Source: Aquificaceae bacterium
GTDB lineage: Bacteria; Aquificota; Aquificia; Aquificales; Aquificaceae
DNA: 64,000 nucleotides
Assembly (NCBI GenBank): GCA_037925075.1
Contig: JAXSNR010000002.1
Location: 224,001 to 288,000, forward strand
Direction: 5' to 3'
Positions 26,528 through 37,118 of the stretch are shown piece by piece; position 1 is the stretch's first letter; every line of letters begins with the position of its first letter. Position numbers and translations under genes: made by a program. The notes beneath the pieces were generated by a model that made no database searches, was not told the DNA's origin, and saw only the letters and a program-made list of their open reading frames with translations.

Positions 26528-27462
26528 TACCTTATGATAAGCTTGGCTCCGTTGGGTAATCTTTCAACCCTCTCCTCTGTACCACCTTCTCTTGGTATGT
26601 AAACGTATGTACCCGCAGGTATTACTTCTGTTCTTATATGAGGGTTCAGGTCTCTGAAGATGTTTTCTTTTATGGCTTTTCTGGTGAGAACTTCTTCGAC
26701 CGCAGTGTCCCTCTCTACGAGCCTTCTGTCCACACTCAGACCTTCAACCTTGACGGATAGTCCATATCTTTCGGGGTCTTTTGCGAGAAGAAGCACCGCA
26801 AAAAATGCAGGGACGTAGTTTCTTGTCTCTATGGGTAAAAACTTCTGATTTGTCCAAAAGTCCATGCCCCCCGTCCTTCTTGCCACGCAGTTTTCGCCAC
26901 AGTTATAGCTTGCAAGGGCAAGCTCCCAGTTCCCAAACATACCGTACAGGTCCTTTAAATATCTCATGGCGGCGTCTGTGGCTTTGATGATATCAAACCT
27001 TTCATCCACAAACTGGTCAACTCTAAGCCCGTACTTTCTAGCGGTGGAAGGTATAAACTGCCAAAGCCCAGCGGCACCAGACTTTGAAACTGCAAAGTTG
27101 TTAAAGGCACTTTCTATAACGGGCAAGAGGACGAGCTCCTCAGGAAGGCCATGCCTTTGCACTATTGGTCTTATTAGGGGCATGAAGTAGTTTGCCCTTT
27201 GTAGAGTGAGCTCAAAAAACCTTTTGTTGCTAAGATAATAATCCATGAACCTCCTTATCTCTTCTCTATCTGGTATTGGTATGCCGAGGGCTTTTGCTTC
27301 CTCCCTTATAAACCTTTCCTCCTCCTCTGTAAAGTAAAAGCTTCCCTTTTGTACGAGGCTTATCTGGTGGTCCGCCTTGGGTATGGTTGCCTGCCTTACA
27401 GTAGGAGTGCAAGAGCTTAGAACCGTTGATAACAACCCCAAAAGCAAGACCCCCTTTTTCAT
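26527..27462 (-). CDS. MltD-like lytic transglycosylase lipoprotein
   Basis: Lipobox LSSC; IES, GAAGLWQF, ASYNCGE, ETRNYVP. Confidence 0.88.
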   Translation of the reverse strand: MKKGVLLLGLLSTVLSSCTPTVRQATIPKADHQISLVQKGSFYFTEEEERFIREEAKALGIPIPDREEIRRFMDYYLSNKRFFELTLQRANYFMPLIRPIVQRHGLPEELVLLPVIESAFNNFAVSKSGAAGLWQFIPSTARKYGLRVDQFVDERFDIIKATDAAMRYLKDLYGMFGNWELALASYNCGENCVARRTGGMDFWTNQKFLPIETRNYVPAFFAVLLLAKDPERYGLSVKVEGLSVDRRLVERDTAVEEVLTRKAIKENIFRDLNPHIRTEVIPAGTYVYIPREGGTEERVERLPNGAKLIIR

Positions 27463-27522
27463 ATCTACCCTCAGGCACTTATTATACACTTATCGCCATC
27501 AAAGTTATAAATTTAATACACC

Positions 27523-28566
27523 ATGCGGTTAATTACCTCTCTTAATCTGATTGAGCTGAGAGAATCCTTCAAAGAGCTTGGGCTTGAGCCCTACAGGGCA
27601 GATCAGGTCCTTGACTGGGTTTACAAGAAGTTTGAAACAAACTTTCAGAATATGACAAACCTCTCAAAAGCCCATAGGAGTTTGCTTTCTGAACACTTCA
27701 GGGTTCATACCCTTGAGCATGTAAGCAAGGTGTTTGCGGAGGACTCGGTAAAGTATATATTCAGGACGGAAGACAACCATCTAATAGAAACGGTTCTCAT
27801 CTTTGAAAGAGACCATCTGACCCTTTGTGTCTCTTCTCAGGTGGGTTGTGCGGTAGGGTGCAAGTTCTGTGCCACCGCAAGGGATGGGCTTATAAGGAAC
27901 CTGACCGCCTCTGAGATAATTGACCAGTATCTTCTCGTGCAGAAGGATACGCCCAACAGGATAAGGAATGTGGTCTTTATGGGTATGGGTGAGCCGTTGG
28001 CAAACTACGAAGCGGTCAGAAGGGCTGTGGAGATCATGGTAAGCCCGTGGGGCATAGACCTATCCAAAAGAAGGGTTAGCATATCTACAAGCGGTCTTGT
28101 ATCCCAGCTAAAAAGGATGGCACAGGACCCACTTATGAGAGAGCTAAACCTTGCGGTTTCTATAAACGCTCCCTTTGAGCATCTTAGGGAGTTCCTTATG
28201 CCCATAAACAAAACCAATACACTCAATGAGATTTTTGAGGTTCTTATAGAATTTCCTTATCCACCTGACAGAAGAATAATGCTTGAGTATGTCTTGATAA
28301 AGGATGTTAACGACTCACCAACACAAGCCAAAGCCTTGGCGGAGCTCATAGCCCCCTATAGAAAAAAATTTAAGGTCAACCTCATACCCTACAACCCCGA
28401 CCCTTCCATTCCCTTTGAAAGACCACCCTTAGAGGGGGTTTACGCCTTTCAGGAAGTGCTTAGAAAACACAACATATCCACCTTCATAAGGCTCAGCAAA
28501 GGTAGTGAAGTTTTCGGGGCTTGCGGGCAGTTAAGGAGTAAGAGAATTGAGCTTATGGTAAAATAG
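27523..28566 (+). CDS. rlmN: 23S rRNA/tRNA m2A methyltransferase
   Basis: CVSSQVGCAVGCKFC, FMGMGEP, GACGQL. Confidence 0.95.
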   Translation: MRLITSLNLIELRESFKELGLEPYRADQVLDWVYKKFETNFQNMTNLSKAHRSLLSEHFRVHTLEHVSKVFAEDSVKYIFRTEDNHLIETVLIFERDHLTLCVSSQVGCAVGCKFCATARDGLIRNLTASEIIDQYLLVQKDTPNRIRNVVFMGMGEPLANYEAVRRAVEIMVSPWGIDLSKRRVSISTSGLVSQLKRMAQDPLMRELNLAVSINAPFEHLREFLMPINKTNTLNEIFEVLIEFPYPPDRRIMLEYVLIKDVNDSPTQAKALAELIAPYRKKFKVNLIPYNPDPSIPFERPPLEGVYAFQEVLRKHNISTFIRLSKGSEVFGACGQLRSKRIELMVK

Positions 28567-28570
28567 AGGA

Positions 28571-29254
28571 GTGCAAGCAATTCCCAAGTGGCTTAGAGAG
28601 CTCGTAGTAGTAATAATAGTGGTTCTTTTTATAAGGGCTTTTCTTGTTCAAGCTTACAACATACCTTCAGGGTCTATGAAGCCCACGCTTCTTGTAGGTG
28701 ATTTTATACTGGTCAACAAGCTGGTTTATAGAATTTCTGAACCCCAGAGAGGTGATATAGTAGTCTTCAAGTGGCCTATAAACCCACAGATAGACTTTAT
28801 AAAGAGGATAGTGGGCATGCCCGGAGATACACTTGAAGTTAGGGGCGAGAAGGTCCTTATAAACGGTCAGGAGCTACCCCTTAGGCTTGTGGGAGAGGTT
28901 GTAGAAGATGGGAACCCAAAGCTTATATACGAAGAGAGCCTTCCCAACGGGATAAAGCATAAAATAGCCCTTTATCAAAACCCTTTTATCCAGCGGAAGG
29001 ATGTTTATTATGCCAAGATACCCGAAGGACATTACTTTGTGATGGGAGACAACAGGGACAACAGCGAAGACAGTAGGTACTGGGGACTTTTGCCAAGAGA
29101 GGACATCGTAGGAAAGGCCTTTGTAGTTTACTTTTCCGGAGATATACCTCCCCTTGAAAGTACCGATGTGAGCATCCTTACTGGCTTTAAACAGCTCTTT
29201 CTTGCACTGTTAAACCCAAGGTTTGAAAGGATCGGCAAGCCCCTCATATGGTAA
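28571..29254 (+). CDS. lepB: Signal peptidase I
   Basis: SGSMKPTL, IKRIVGMPGD, GDNRDNSEDSR. Confidence 0.95.
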   Translation: MQAIPKWLRELVVVIIVVLFIRAFLVQAYNIPSGSMKPTLLVGDFILVNKLVYRISEPQRGDIVVFKWPINPQIDFIKRIVGMPGDTLEVRGEKVLINGQELPLRLVGEVVEDGNPKLIYEESLPNGIKHKIALYQNPFIQRKDVYYAKIPEGHYFVMGDNRDNSEDSRYWGLLPREDIVGKAFVVYFSGDIPPLESTDVSILTGFKQLFLALLNPRFERIGKPLIW

Positions 29255-30947
29255 TGGGAAGTCCCGCCATATAAAAGTGCTTTATGGCCTGCTTTATAAG
29301 TGCGGGCTTTACGCCTTTTGCGTACATAAGGCTCAAAAGGAGAGAGGGTATGCCTTCTGGGTCTACAAAAGGCTCCACTATTTTACCATCTTCCATGTAA
29401 GCAAAGTTATTCAGCTCTTCAAAGAGGCTTTGGGTCTCCTGTGCTTCTAGTTTGTCCTTCAAGTGGGACAGAAGGCTGTTGCATGTTTGCAAAATCACCT
29501 CCTTGTCTCTAACCTCATGAACCGCAAAAAGACCGCCCTCCAGTGTATCAAAGATTCTTCTTATGTCTTGGTTAGAATACACGGGATTCCCCATCATAGG
29601 AAGTATGGCCCTTATTTCATCTCTATTGAGCTGTTTTAGAGCCTTGTTAAGAACATCATGCGATGGGGTTATGAGGTTTGTGTATATAAGCGTATCTTCC
29701 ACATCTCCCCCCTCTATTGGATTAAGCTCTTCGTAAGTGCAAAGGGAGCTCAGGAACCTTCCTGTAAACAAAAAACCATTTCTTTCTTCCAACACTGCAA
29801 AACTGTCCCTCTCGGGAAGAAAGGGCAGATATAAGAACCTCAGAACATCCCCGGTTGCCAACATGAGCCTTTTGTTTGGAAAGGTTTCAAAGGCCCTTAT
29901 TCTTGCCTGTGGAATGCCAATAGCTTTCAATCGCTGAGCTATGCCCAGAGAGGTTATCACAAAGGCTCTTTGGTTTGACTGCAGAAAGTTTGCAATACCA
30001 AAACATTCATCTACACCAGAACCAAAAACAACCACCGCCTTTATTGCATCTACAGTGCCAACAGCCTGTTCTAGTTTTGACCTTATAAGAACATAATCAT
30101 GAACAGTGCCTATGTTTACAAGCATAGGAACCCTTATATTTTCCCTTTCGTATATACGCAGGTATGAGTTTTTCTGAAACAGCCCATCCTCCTGAGGTGC
30201 CCCTACCCAGAAAAGCCCATGAGATATTTCTATAGGTTGACTCATATCAAGGGTAGGCCTTGGAGCTACTTGTTCTTCTACTTTAACAGGTTGTACAGTC
30301 TTTTGTTGTGGAGCATGACCATACACAAGGCTGGAGAAAAAGTCCCAGTTGTCTTCGTAAACATGGTTTATCACAACCTTTTCTTCTTCGTAGATGTCAA
30401 ACCTTGTTTTCACATCCTTGGAGATAAGGGTAAGCAACTCCTCTTTGCCACAACTACTACCCTTTATAGTACCCTTGCGTATGTATAAAGTACAGGATTT
30501 TTCTTCATCCTCTATAACAAGGGATGAGGTGGCACCCTTACGTAAGAGCTTAAGCAACAGATTCAGGGGACCTAAGGTAGACAAAGAGTCTAAATCCTGA
30601 GTGTCTTTACTTAGTCTAACTATTTTAGTTAAAAGCTCCATGGGGTTAAAGGGTAAAACCACATGGTTAATTTCCCTAAGTCCATATTTTGTGAAAAGCT
30701 CTGTTTCTTCATAACTATCTACAAATAGAATGGGCATCATATATTTTTCAATCTCTAGTAGCTTAAACCAGAATCCTATGTCTTCCGCGGGTAGAAGTAT
30801 TATTTCAGGTTCTGATACTTTTAAAAACTCAAGGGCTTTGTCCTCATCGAAGGCTATGAGAAGCTTGTGTCCAGTTATATTGAATACATCCGCAAGGAGG
30901 GAAAAGTATTGTTTCTTTCTGTCCAAAAGCATACAAAAGGCGCCCAT
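29244..30947 (-). CDS. Multidomain protein: receiver-like, DUF4388-like, and degenerate metallo-beta-lactamase (ODP-like) fold
   Basis: N-terminal A.D...ALE..PE.I...PFNP.EL receiver pattern; EIS.GLFWVG...NSYL, GDVLRF, FLFTG and AILPMMG follow the MBL fold. Confidence 0.6.
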   Translation of the reverse strand: MGAFCMLLDRKKQYFSLLADVFNITGHKLLIAFDEDKALEFLKVSEPEIILLPAEDIGFWFKLLEIEKYMMPILFVDSYEETELFTKYGLREINHVVLPFNPMELLTKIVRLSKDTQDLDSLSTLGPLNLLLKLLRKGATSSLVIEDEEKSCTLYIRKGTIKGSSCGKEELLTLISKDVKTRFDIYEEEKVVINHVYEDNWDFFSSLVYGHAPQQKTVQPVKVEEQVAPRPTLDMSQPIEISHGLFWVGAPQEDGLFQKNSYLRIYERENIRVPMLVNIGTVHDYVLIRSKLEQAVGTVDAIKAVVVFGSGVDECFGIANFLQSNQRAFVITSLGIAQRLKAIGIPQARIRAFETFPNKRLMLATGDVLRFLYLPFLPERDSFAVLEERNGFLFTGRFLSSLCTYEELNPIEGGDVEDTLIYTNLITPSHDVLNKALKQLNRDEIRAILPMMGNPVYSNQDIRRIFDTLEGGLFAVHEVRDKEVILQTCNSLLSHLKDKLEAQETQSLFEELNNFAYMEDGKIVEPFVDPEGIPSLLLSLMYAKGVKPALIKQAIKHFYMAGLPITI

Positions 30948-31195
30948 CAGTAAACCTCCCTCTTCTGAGCTGCTATTTTAAGAAGCATTAACTGTTCTTT
31001 GAGTATGTTCACCGATTGCACCAGCATGAAAAAGGCATGCTCCACCTTCAGAAGCGCGGACTGAAAGGATAGGTCATCCTCGAGGAGTCTGAGCTCTCTA
31101 AACCTTCTGTAAAGTTCATCCACTTCTGTGCCAAAGTTCAGAAGAGTTTTGAGTGTCTCTTCTGAAAGTTCTATAGAAGGTCTTTTTGTATCCAT
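30947..31195 (-). CDS. Hypothetical helical protein
   Basis: 82-aa ORF with SD GAGGTAGG, coupled within the operon. Confidence 0.6.
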   Translation of the reverse strand: MDTKRPSIELSEETLKTLLNFGTEVDELYRRFRELRLLEDDLSFQSALLKVEHAFFMLVQSVNILKEQLMLLKIAAQKREVY

Positions 31196-31572
31196 ATGCT
31201 ACCTACCTCCTCTCCTTCTGCTCTTGGCATATTATATCTACTAAAAAGTATAGATTCAACTATCTTAAGTTCGTGGTCTTGCAGGTTCTCTATCCATAGC
31301 TTTGCATTACCTTCTTCAACGCTATCCTTTAAGATTACATCCCCCTCCCCATGCATGTAAACATCTCCGCCACCTGTCATAAACCCAACCGCCACTGAGA
31401 GGGTAAGAAAGTTTAGGCTTATCACCCTCATCTTCGGTTTTTCGGTTTCCTTGTTTATCTTAAGGTAGGTGCAAAGGGCAAGTCCTAACCTCACGAGGTT
31501 TTCTGGTGTAAAGGGATACAGTCCAACCCTTCCCTGTATGTGGTTTTTTTCAAACAACCTCCTTGATTGCAT
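31171..31572 (-). CDS. Hypothetical protein resembling a minimal phosphohexomutase domain I (start uncertain)
   Basis: LFEKNHIQGRVGLYPFTPENLVRLGLA resembles GlmM N-termini; no SHNP motif. Confidence 0.55.
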   Translation of the reverse strand: MQSRRLFEKNHIQGRVGLYPFTPENLVRLGLALCTYLKINKETEKPKMRVISLNFLTLSVAVGFMTGGGDVYMHGEGDVILKDSVEEGNAKLWIENLQDHELKIVESILFSRYNMPRAEGEEVGSIWIQKDLL

Positions 31573-32326
31573 TCTCTACAGCCTCCTCTAAATTTTCCAA
31601 AGCTTTAAGATGTTTGCCTGAAAGTAGAAAGAACTCTTCATTGCCCTTTGTACCTTTTGGCTTTGACTTTATCACTCCAGCCACATTAAAACCTGCAGAG
31701 ATTAAAAACTCTGCTACCCTTAATACAGCCCTTTTTTTGTCTTCTTCCCTTCTGACTATGCCCTTCTTTACCTTTTCGGGACCTACTTCAAACTGTGGCT
31801 TCACCAACACGAGCAAAAGCCCTTCCTCCTTGAGAAATTTTAACACGTGGGGGAGTATTTTGGTAACGGATATAAAGGACACATCCACAGTTATTAGGTC
31901 TACGGGCTCTGGTATGTGCTTGTCTGTAAGCTCTCTGGCGTCGGTTTTCTCATAAAGCACCACTCTTGGGTCTGACCTGAGCTTTGGGTCCATCTGACCT
32001 CGTCCCACGTCTACCGCATACACCCTTTTTGCACCATGCATGAGAAGACAATGGGTAAAGCCACCCGTTGAAGAACCCACATCAAGGCATACAGCATCCT
32101 TCACATCAAGCCCAAGCCTCTGTATAGCCCATTCCAGCTTATAGCCCCCTCTGGAAACATACTTGGGAAGCTCTCTGACCTCTACGCTCTGTCCTTCTTT
32201 TATCTTTGTCCCCGGCTTTGTTATGGGCTTGCCATCCACATACACAAGCCCAGCCATTATTAGGGCTTGAGCCTTTTCTCTGCTAAGGACATGACCCTTT
32301 TCAACAAGATATTGGTCAAGCCTCAA
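31550..32326 (-). CDS. tlyA: TlyA family rRNA methyltransferase
   Basis: S4 domain, YVSRGGYKL, DVGSSTGGFT, KPQFE. Confidence 0.95.
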   Translation of the reverse strand: MRLDQYLVEKGHVLSREKAQALIMAGLVYVDGKPITKPGTKIKEGQSVEVRELPKYVSRGGYKLEWAIQRLGLDVKDAVCLDVGSSTGGFTHCLLMHGAKRVYAVDVGRGQMDPKLRSDPRVVLYEKTDARELTDKHIPEPVDLITVDVSFISVTKILPHVLKFLKEEGLLLVLVKPQFEVGPEKVKKGIVRREEDKKRAVLRVAEFLISAGFNVAGVIKSKPKGTKGNEEFFLLSGKHLKALENLEEAVENAIKEVV

Positions 32327-32562
32327 AGCCTTAAAAGGTGTTTTATAAGGTAAAGAAGGAAAAGAAGGATAAGAGGGGAAAAGTCAAGCCCACCCGCTGG
32401 TGGAACAATTTTTCTTATTGGGTTGAGCATTGGAGAGATCAGGCTGTCAAGTTTTTCATAAAAACTACTTTCTCTGATTTTTGGTATCCACGAGCCTATG
32501 GCATGAAGTATCACAAGAAGTATAAGAAGGTTTATGAGAAAGGATACAATTCCCCTTATCAT
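32323..32562 (-). CDS. yggT: YggT family membrane protein
   Basis: P.L.PIR..VPP.GGLDFSP. Confidence 0.9.
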   Translation of the reverse strand: MIRGIVSFLINLLILLVILHAIGSWIPKIRESSFYEKLDSLISPMLNPIRKIVPPAGGLDFSPLILLFLLYLIKHLLRL

Positions 32563-32915
32563 TCTACAAGTTCAAGAAGGGCAAGCTCACAGCCGTCTCC
32601 CTTTCTCCTCTCTGGAAGTTTTATTATTCTTGTGTAGCCCCCTTGCCTGTTTTCAAATCTGGGTGCTACTTCCTCAAAGAGCCTTTTGACAACTTTTCTG
32701 TCGGGTATGAGAGAGAGGGCAAGCCTTCTTGAGGCTAAGTCTCCCTTCTTGCCAAGACTTATGAGCCTCTCCACAAAGGGTTTTACTGCCTTAGCCCTCT
32801 GAAGGGATGTTTCTATCCTCTCTTCCATTATAAGAGCTTTTGCAAGGGATCTGTACAGGGCTAGCCTTTGCTCCTTTGTCCTATCGAAGTGTTTTTTTCT
32901 TACCCTGTGCCTCAT
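32559..32915 (-). CDS. rplQ: 50S ribosomal protein L17
   Basis: MRHR start, GGYTRI. Confidence 0.97.
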   Translation of the reverse strand: MRHRVRKKHFDRTKEQRLALYRSLAKALIMEERIETSLQRAKAVKPFVERLISLGKKGDLASRRLALSLIPDRKVVKRLFEEVAPRFENRQGGYTRIIKLPERRKGDGCELALLELVE

Positions 32916-32918
32916 CTC

Positions 32919-33872
32919 TTACCTCCTACTTTCTACATCCATGCCAAGATAAAGCCCCATCTGTTTGAGGGCCTCTTTTATCTCGTTTATAGCCTTTCTG
33001 CCCACGTTTTTTGTACCCTTTAGGTCTTCTTCCGTGAGCCTCACCAAGTCTCCTATGGTGGATATGCCCATTCTTTTTATGGAGTTAAGAGCCCTCTGAG
33101 AAACATCAAGCTCTTCTATTGGCAGGCTGAGTTTTTCTACAAACTCCTCCACAAGGCTAACGGGTTCTTCTATAACTGGCACCTCAAAGGATATGTTTTC
33201 AAGAGGGGTAAAGTTCTTCACTATTAGACCAACCGCTTCTTTTACAACCTCGTCAGGAGTCTTTGTGCCGTCTGTGTACACTTCCAATATGAGTCTGTCG
33301 TAGTCGCTCCTCCTTTCTACCCTGGTTTTTTCTACCCTGAAGGAAACCTGACGAACCGGTGAAAAGTCCGCATCCACCAGTATCCACCCTACTTCTCCAA
33401 TAACTTCCATCTCCTCTGTAGGCACGTAACCAAAACCCTTTTCAATTCTTAGCTCTATGTTTATTTCCTTGTTTGTGTCTGTTATGGTAAGTATCTTCTG
33501 GTTGGGGTTTACCACTTCCACGTTGGGAGGTAGGCTTATATCCTTTGCGTAAACTTCACCTTCTCCCTTCTTTTTCAGATACAGTACCTCCACATCGGAG
33601 CTGTGGAGCTTAAACCTAACCTTTTTGAGGTTTGCTATTATTTCGAGAGTGTCCTCTTGAACGCCCTCTATGGATGAAAATTCGTGATAAACACCGTATA
33701 TCTTTACCGCAGTTAGAGCAACGCCCTGTATGGAAGAGAGAAGGGTCCTTCTCAAAGAGTTGCCCACGGTAATGCCAAAACCTCTTTCCAGAGGCTCTAC
33801 TACAAAACGGCCGTATGTTTTTGACCTCTCCTCCCAATAAACCTTTGAGGGGAAAAGAAACTCTCTTGTCAT
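32919..33872 (-). CDS. rpoA: RNA polymerase alpha subunit
   Basis: EPLERGFGITVGNSLRR. Confidence 0.98.
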   Translation of the reverse strand: MTREFLFPSKVYWEERSKTYGRFVVEPLERGFGITVGNSLRRTLLSSIQGVALTAVKIYGVYHEFSSIEGVQEDTLEIIANLKKVRFKLHSSDVEVLYLKKKGEGEVYAKDISLPPNVEVVNPNQKILTITDTNKEINIELRIEKGFGYVPTEEMEVIGEVGWILVDADFSPVRQVSFRVEKTRVERRSDYDRLILEVYTDGTKTPDEVVKEAVGLIVKNFTPLENISFEVPVIEEPVSLVEEFVEKLSLPIEELDVSQRALNSIKRMGISTIGDLVRLTEEDLKGTKNVGRKAINEIKEALKQMGLYLGMDVESRR

Positions 33873-33884
33873 ACTCTTTCCTCC

Positions 33885-34514
33885 TTAGACCCTTGAGTAG
33901 AACTCTATTATGTATTGGAGGTTGACGGGAACCTCCAGTTGAATATCCCTTGGAAGGTCTATAACCTTTCCTCTAAAGTTTTCCTTGTCCAACTCAAGCC
34001 AAGGCGGGACGCTTCTTGGGTCTATGTTTTGCAGGTTTTCCAGAATCTGTGGTATGTCTCTTGATGAGGGCTTTAGCTCTATTATGTCTCCCACTTCTAC
34101 CCTGTAAGAAGGTATGTCCACCTTCCTGCCGTTTATCAAAAAGTGTCCGTGCGCGACCCACTGCCTTGCCTGCCTTCTTGTGCTTGCAAAACCGAGCCTG
34201 TAAACCACATTGTCTAACCTTCTTTCCAAGAGCTGAAGAAGAACCTGACCTGTGTTGCCTTTTGAACGGGATGCTTCATCAAAGTATCTTTTGAACTGCT
34301 TTTCCCTTAAGCCTCCGTATAGGAATTTAAGCTTTTGCTTTTCCAAAAGCCTTATACCGTATTCGGTCAGTTTTCTTCTTCTGCCCTTTACCCTTCCATG
34401 CTGACCGGGTGGAAAGTTCCTCCTGGCTAAGGTTTTTGGGGCGCTTTTCTTGCTTGAAACAACCACACCGAGCTTTCTGTCTGCCCTTACCTGAGGTCCT
34501 ATATACCTACCCAT
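33885..34514 (-). CDS. rpsD: 30S ribosomal protein S4
   Basis: PPGQHG, LERRLDNVVYRLG. Confidence 0.98.
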   Translation of the reverse strand: MGRYIGPQVRADRKLGVVVSSKKSAPKTLARRNFPPGQHGRVKGRRRKLTEYGIRLLEKQKLKFLYGGLREKQFKRYFDEASRSKGNTGQVLLQLLERRLDNVVYRLGFASTRRQARQWVAHGHFLINGRKVDIPSYRVEVGDIIELKPSSRDIPQILENLQNIDPRSVPPWLELDKENFRGKVIDLPRDIQLEVPVNLQYIIEFYSRV

Positions 34515-34517
34515 GCC

Positions 34518-34907
34518 TTAGACCCTCCTCTTTGCTGGTGGTCTGCATCCGTTGTGAGGTATGGGTGTTATGTCCCTTATGGCTTTTATCTTTATGCCTG
34601 CGGCATAGACTGCCCTAAGAGCCGATTCCCTTCCTGCACCTGCTCCTTTTACCCTTACTTCCGCTTCTTGAAGTCCGTACTCCTGCACAGCCCTTTTTGC
34701 TGCCTTTTGAGCTGCTAACTGTGCCGCGTAGGGGGTACTTTTCCTTGTTCCCTTAAAACCCACGGTACCACCGCTTTCCCAAAGGAGCACGTTGCCCTGC
34801 TTGTCTGTTATGGTCACTATGGTGTTGTTGAAGGTGCTAAGTATGTGAACTATTCCTTCGGTTACTGTCTTTTTTTGCTTTTTAGGTTGTTGTTGCCTTC
34901 TTGCCAT
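34518..34907 (-). CDS. rpsK: 30S ribosomal protein S11
   Basis: [19 protein letters not shown]. Confidence 0.98.
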   Translation of the reverse strand: MARRQQQPKKQKKTVTEGIVHILSTFNNTIVTITDKQGNVLLWESGGTVGFKGTRKSTPYAAQLAAQKAAKRAVQEYGLQEAEVRVKGAGAGRESALRAVYAAGIKIKAIRDITPIPHNGCRPPAKRRV

Positions 34908-34918
34908 CAATTACCTCC

Positions 34919-35299
34919 TTACTTAACTATCTTTTTCTTTGTCCCGCCCACAGTTTTCCTTTTGCCCTTTCTGGTTCTTGAGTTGGTCTTCGTCTGCTGA
35001 CCTCTTACGGGCAGGCCCTTTACGTGCCTAATACCCCTATAGCATCCCATGTCTATGAGCTTTTTTATGTTCATTTGCACTTCTCTTCTGAGGTCACCTT
35101 CCACGGTAAAGTTTTGTTCTATAAACTTCCTTATGATGTTTAGCTCTTCTGGGGTTAGCTCTCCTAGTCTCTTTGTGCCCGGTATACCAGTCTTGCTACA
35201 TATCTCCCTTGCCCTCGACCAACCAATACCGTATAGGTATGTAAGTGCAACTTCCAGCTTTTTACCATCTGGGAGGTCAACGCCAGCTATTCTTGCCAT
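34919..35299 (-). CDS. rpsM: 30S ribosomal protein S13
   Basis: MARIAGV, GLPVRGQ. Confidence 0.98.
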   Translation of the reverse strand: MARIAGVDLPDGKKLEVALTYLYGIGWSRAREICSKTGIPGTKRLGELTPEELNIIRKFIEQNFTVEGDLRREVQMNIKKLIDMGCYRGIRHVKGLPVRGQQTKTNSRTRKGKRKTVGGTKKKIVK

Positions 35300-35310
35300 C
35301 TCTTACCTCC

Positions 35311-35427
35311 TTAACTACCCTGTCTTTGCTTGTGTTTTGGGTTTTCGCATATAACCATGACTCTACCCTTTCTTCTTATCACCTTACACTTGGCACACAT
35401 GGGTTTTACAGAAGGCTTTACCTTCAT
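35311..35427 (-). CDS. rpmJ: 50S ribosomal protein L36 (absent from the ORF track)
   Basis: Manual translation [48 protein letters not shown]. Confidence 0.97.
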   Translation of the reverse strand: MKVKPSVKPMCAKCKVIRRKGRVMVICENPKHKQRQGS

Positions 35428-35441
35428 ACTTACCTCCTTGT

Positions 35442-35459
35442 AAGCTAAAAATTATAGCA
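35442..35459 (-). promoter_or_regulatory. Extended -10 promoter upstream of rpmJ (alpha operon)
   Basis: TGCTATAATTTTTAGCTT on -. Confidence 0.7.
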
Positions 35460-35463
35460 TAAA

Positions 35464-35703
35464 TCATCCCCTGTAGACTATCCTTCCGCGAGTAAGGTCA
35501 TAGGGTGAGAGTTCCACCTTTACCTTGTCGCCGGGCAGTATTCTTATGAAGTGTATTCTCATCTTGCCAGATACGTGGGCAAGCACTTCGTGTCCAGTTT
35601 CCAACTTTACCCTAAACATGGCGTTGGGCAGAGCTTCTAAGACCTCACCTTCAAGCACTATGCCCTTTTCCTTCTGTTTTTCTTCTCCCTTCTTTTTAGC
35701 CAT
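35464..35703 (-). CDS. infA: Translation initiation factor IF-1
   Basis: [23 protein letters not shown]. Confidence 0.98.
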   Translation of the reverse strand: MAKKKGEEKQKEKGIVLEGEVLEALPNAMFRVKLETGHEVLAHVSGKMRIHFIRILPGDKVKVELSPYDLTRGRIVYRG

Positions 35704-36487
35704 CCTTGAACTCCGTTAGCACTATTGGTCCCTGCTTGGTTATGGCTACCACATACTCGTAGTGGGCTGCAGGGCTTTTGTCTGCGGTTATCACAGTCCA
35801 GCGGTCTCCGTCGTGTGCTATCTCTTCTGTGCCAAGGGAAAGCATGGGTTCAAGGGCAACAACCATACCTTGCCTTAGCTTGTAGTCCTTCTTTTCCCTT
35901 CTTAGGGTTTCTGGGTGGTTTGGTATAAAAGGCTCTTCATGAACTTTCCTTCCTATGCCATGCCCGCCAAGGTTCTTTAATGGATAAACACCGTACTTCT
36001 TGGCCACCTTGTAGATGGCTTCCACTATGTCTGAAACCCAGTTGCCCGGCACGCAAACCTTAACTGCCTCTTCAAGGGCTTCTCTTGTTGCCTTCATGAG
36101 CATTTCCTTTTCTTTGCTTATTTCACCCACTGCCACAGTAAGGGCTGAGTCCCCTGCGTAGCCTTCCACATAAGCCCCAAAGTCTAAACTGATGATGTCA
36201 CCCTCTTTTATTATCTGTTCTCTTTTTGGAAGACCATGAACCACCGCCTCGTTCACAGAAACGCAAAGGCTTGCTGGGAACCTTTCGTTGCTAAAGGGTG
36301 GCTTGTAGTTAAGGAAGGCAGGCTTTGCACCTCTTTTTTTTGCCTCTTCTCTTGCTATGAGGTCAAGCTCGTAGGTGGAGACTCCTGGCTTTACATGTTT
36401 TACTAAAGCCTGCAAAACCTCAACCACCACATCGCAAGCCCTTTTTATTTTCTCAATCTCCTTAAAAGAATACAACTCAACCGCCAT
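35696..36487 (-). CDS. map: Methionine aminopeptidase
   Basis: [26 protein letters not shown]. Confidence 0.95.
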   Translation of the reverse strand: MAVELYSFKEIEKIKRACDVVVEVLQALVKHVKPGVSTYELDLIAREEAKKRGAKPAFLNYKPPFSNERFPASLCVSVNEAVVHGLPKREQIIKEGDIISLDFGAYVEGYAGDSALTVAVGEISKEKEMLMKATREALEEAVKVCVPGNWVSDIVEAIYKVAKKYGVYPLKNLGGHGIGRKVHEEPFIPNHPETLRREKKDYKLRQGMVVALEPMLSLGTEEIAHDGDRWTVITADKSPAAHYEYVVAITKQGPIVLTEFKDG

Positions 36488-37118
36488 CTTTTAACACCTT
36501 TAACAATCTTCTGTTTATTTCCTGTATGTCTTGCTCTGCGTCCAGCCTTATTAATTTATCCCTTTCTTCGTAGAATTCAACAAGAGGTCTTGTCTGCTCT
36601 GTGTACACTCTGTACCTTCTCCTTACCACCTCCTCCTTGTCATCTTCTCTCTGCACCAAACTTCCACCGCATAGGTCGCACACGCCTTCCTTTTTGGGTG
36701 GGTTGTACCTTTTGTGGTATACAGCACCACATTGAGAGCAGGTGAGCCTTCCAGAAAGCCTGTCCACCACCACCTCTTCAGAAAGGTCAAAGAGAAAAAC
36801 CTTATCCACGCCTTTTCCATACCTTTTTAACATTTCCTCAAGGGCAATAGCCTGTGGAACCGTCCTTGGAAAGCCATCAAGAATAAAACCACCTTCTTTG
36901 GGCATAACCTCTTCTATAAGGGCTACCATAAGGTTATCTGGCACAAGCTCTCCCTTGTCCATGTACTCCTTTGCCTTTATACCTAGCTCAGTTTGCTTCC
37001 TTACCGCATCTCTGAGGATATCACCAGTGGATATGTGCAAAAGACCAAGCTCTTGAGAGAGCTTTTTCGCTTGCGTACCCTTACCAGAACCCGGGGGTCC
37101 CAGAAAGACCACTATCAC
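36477..37118 (-). CDS. adk: Adenylate kinase
   Basis: GPPGSGKGTQ, LDGFPRT, Zn lid. Confidence 0.97.
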   Translation of the reverse strand: MIVVFLGPPGSGKGTQAKKLSQELGLLHISTGDILRDAVRKQTELGIKAKEYMDKGELVPDNLMVALIEEVMPKEGGFILDGFPRTVPQAIALEEMLKRYGKGVDKVFLFDLSEEVVVDRLSGRLTCSQCGAVYHKRYNPPKKEGVCDLCGGSLVQREDDKEEVVRRRYRVYTEQTRPLVEFYEERDKLIRLDAEQDIQEINRRLLKVLKDGG

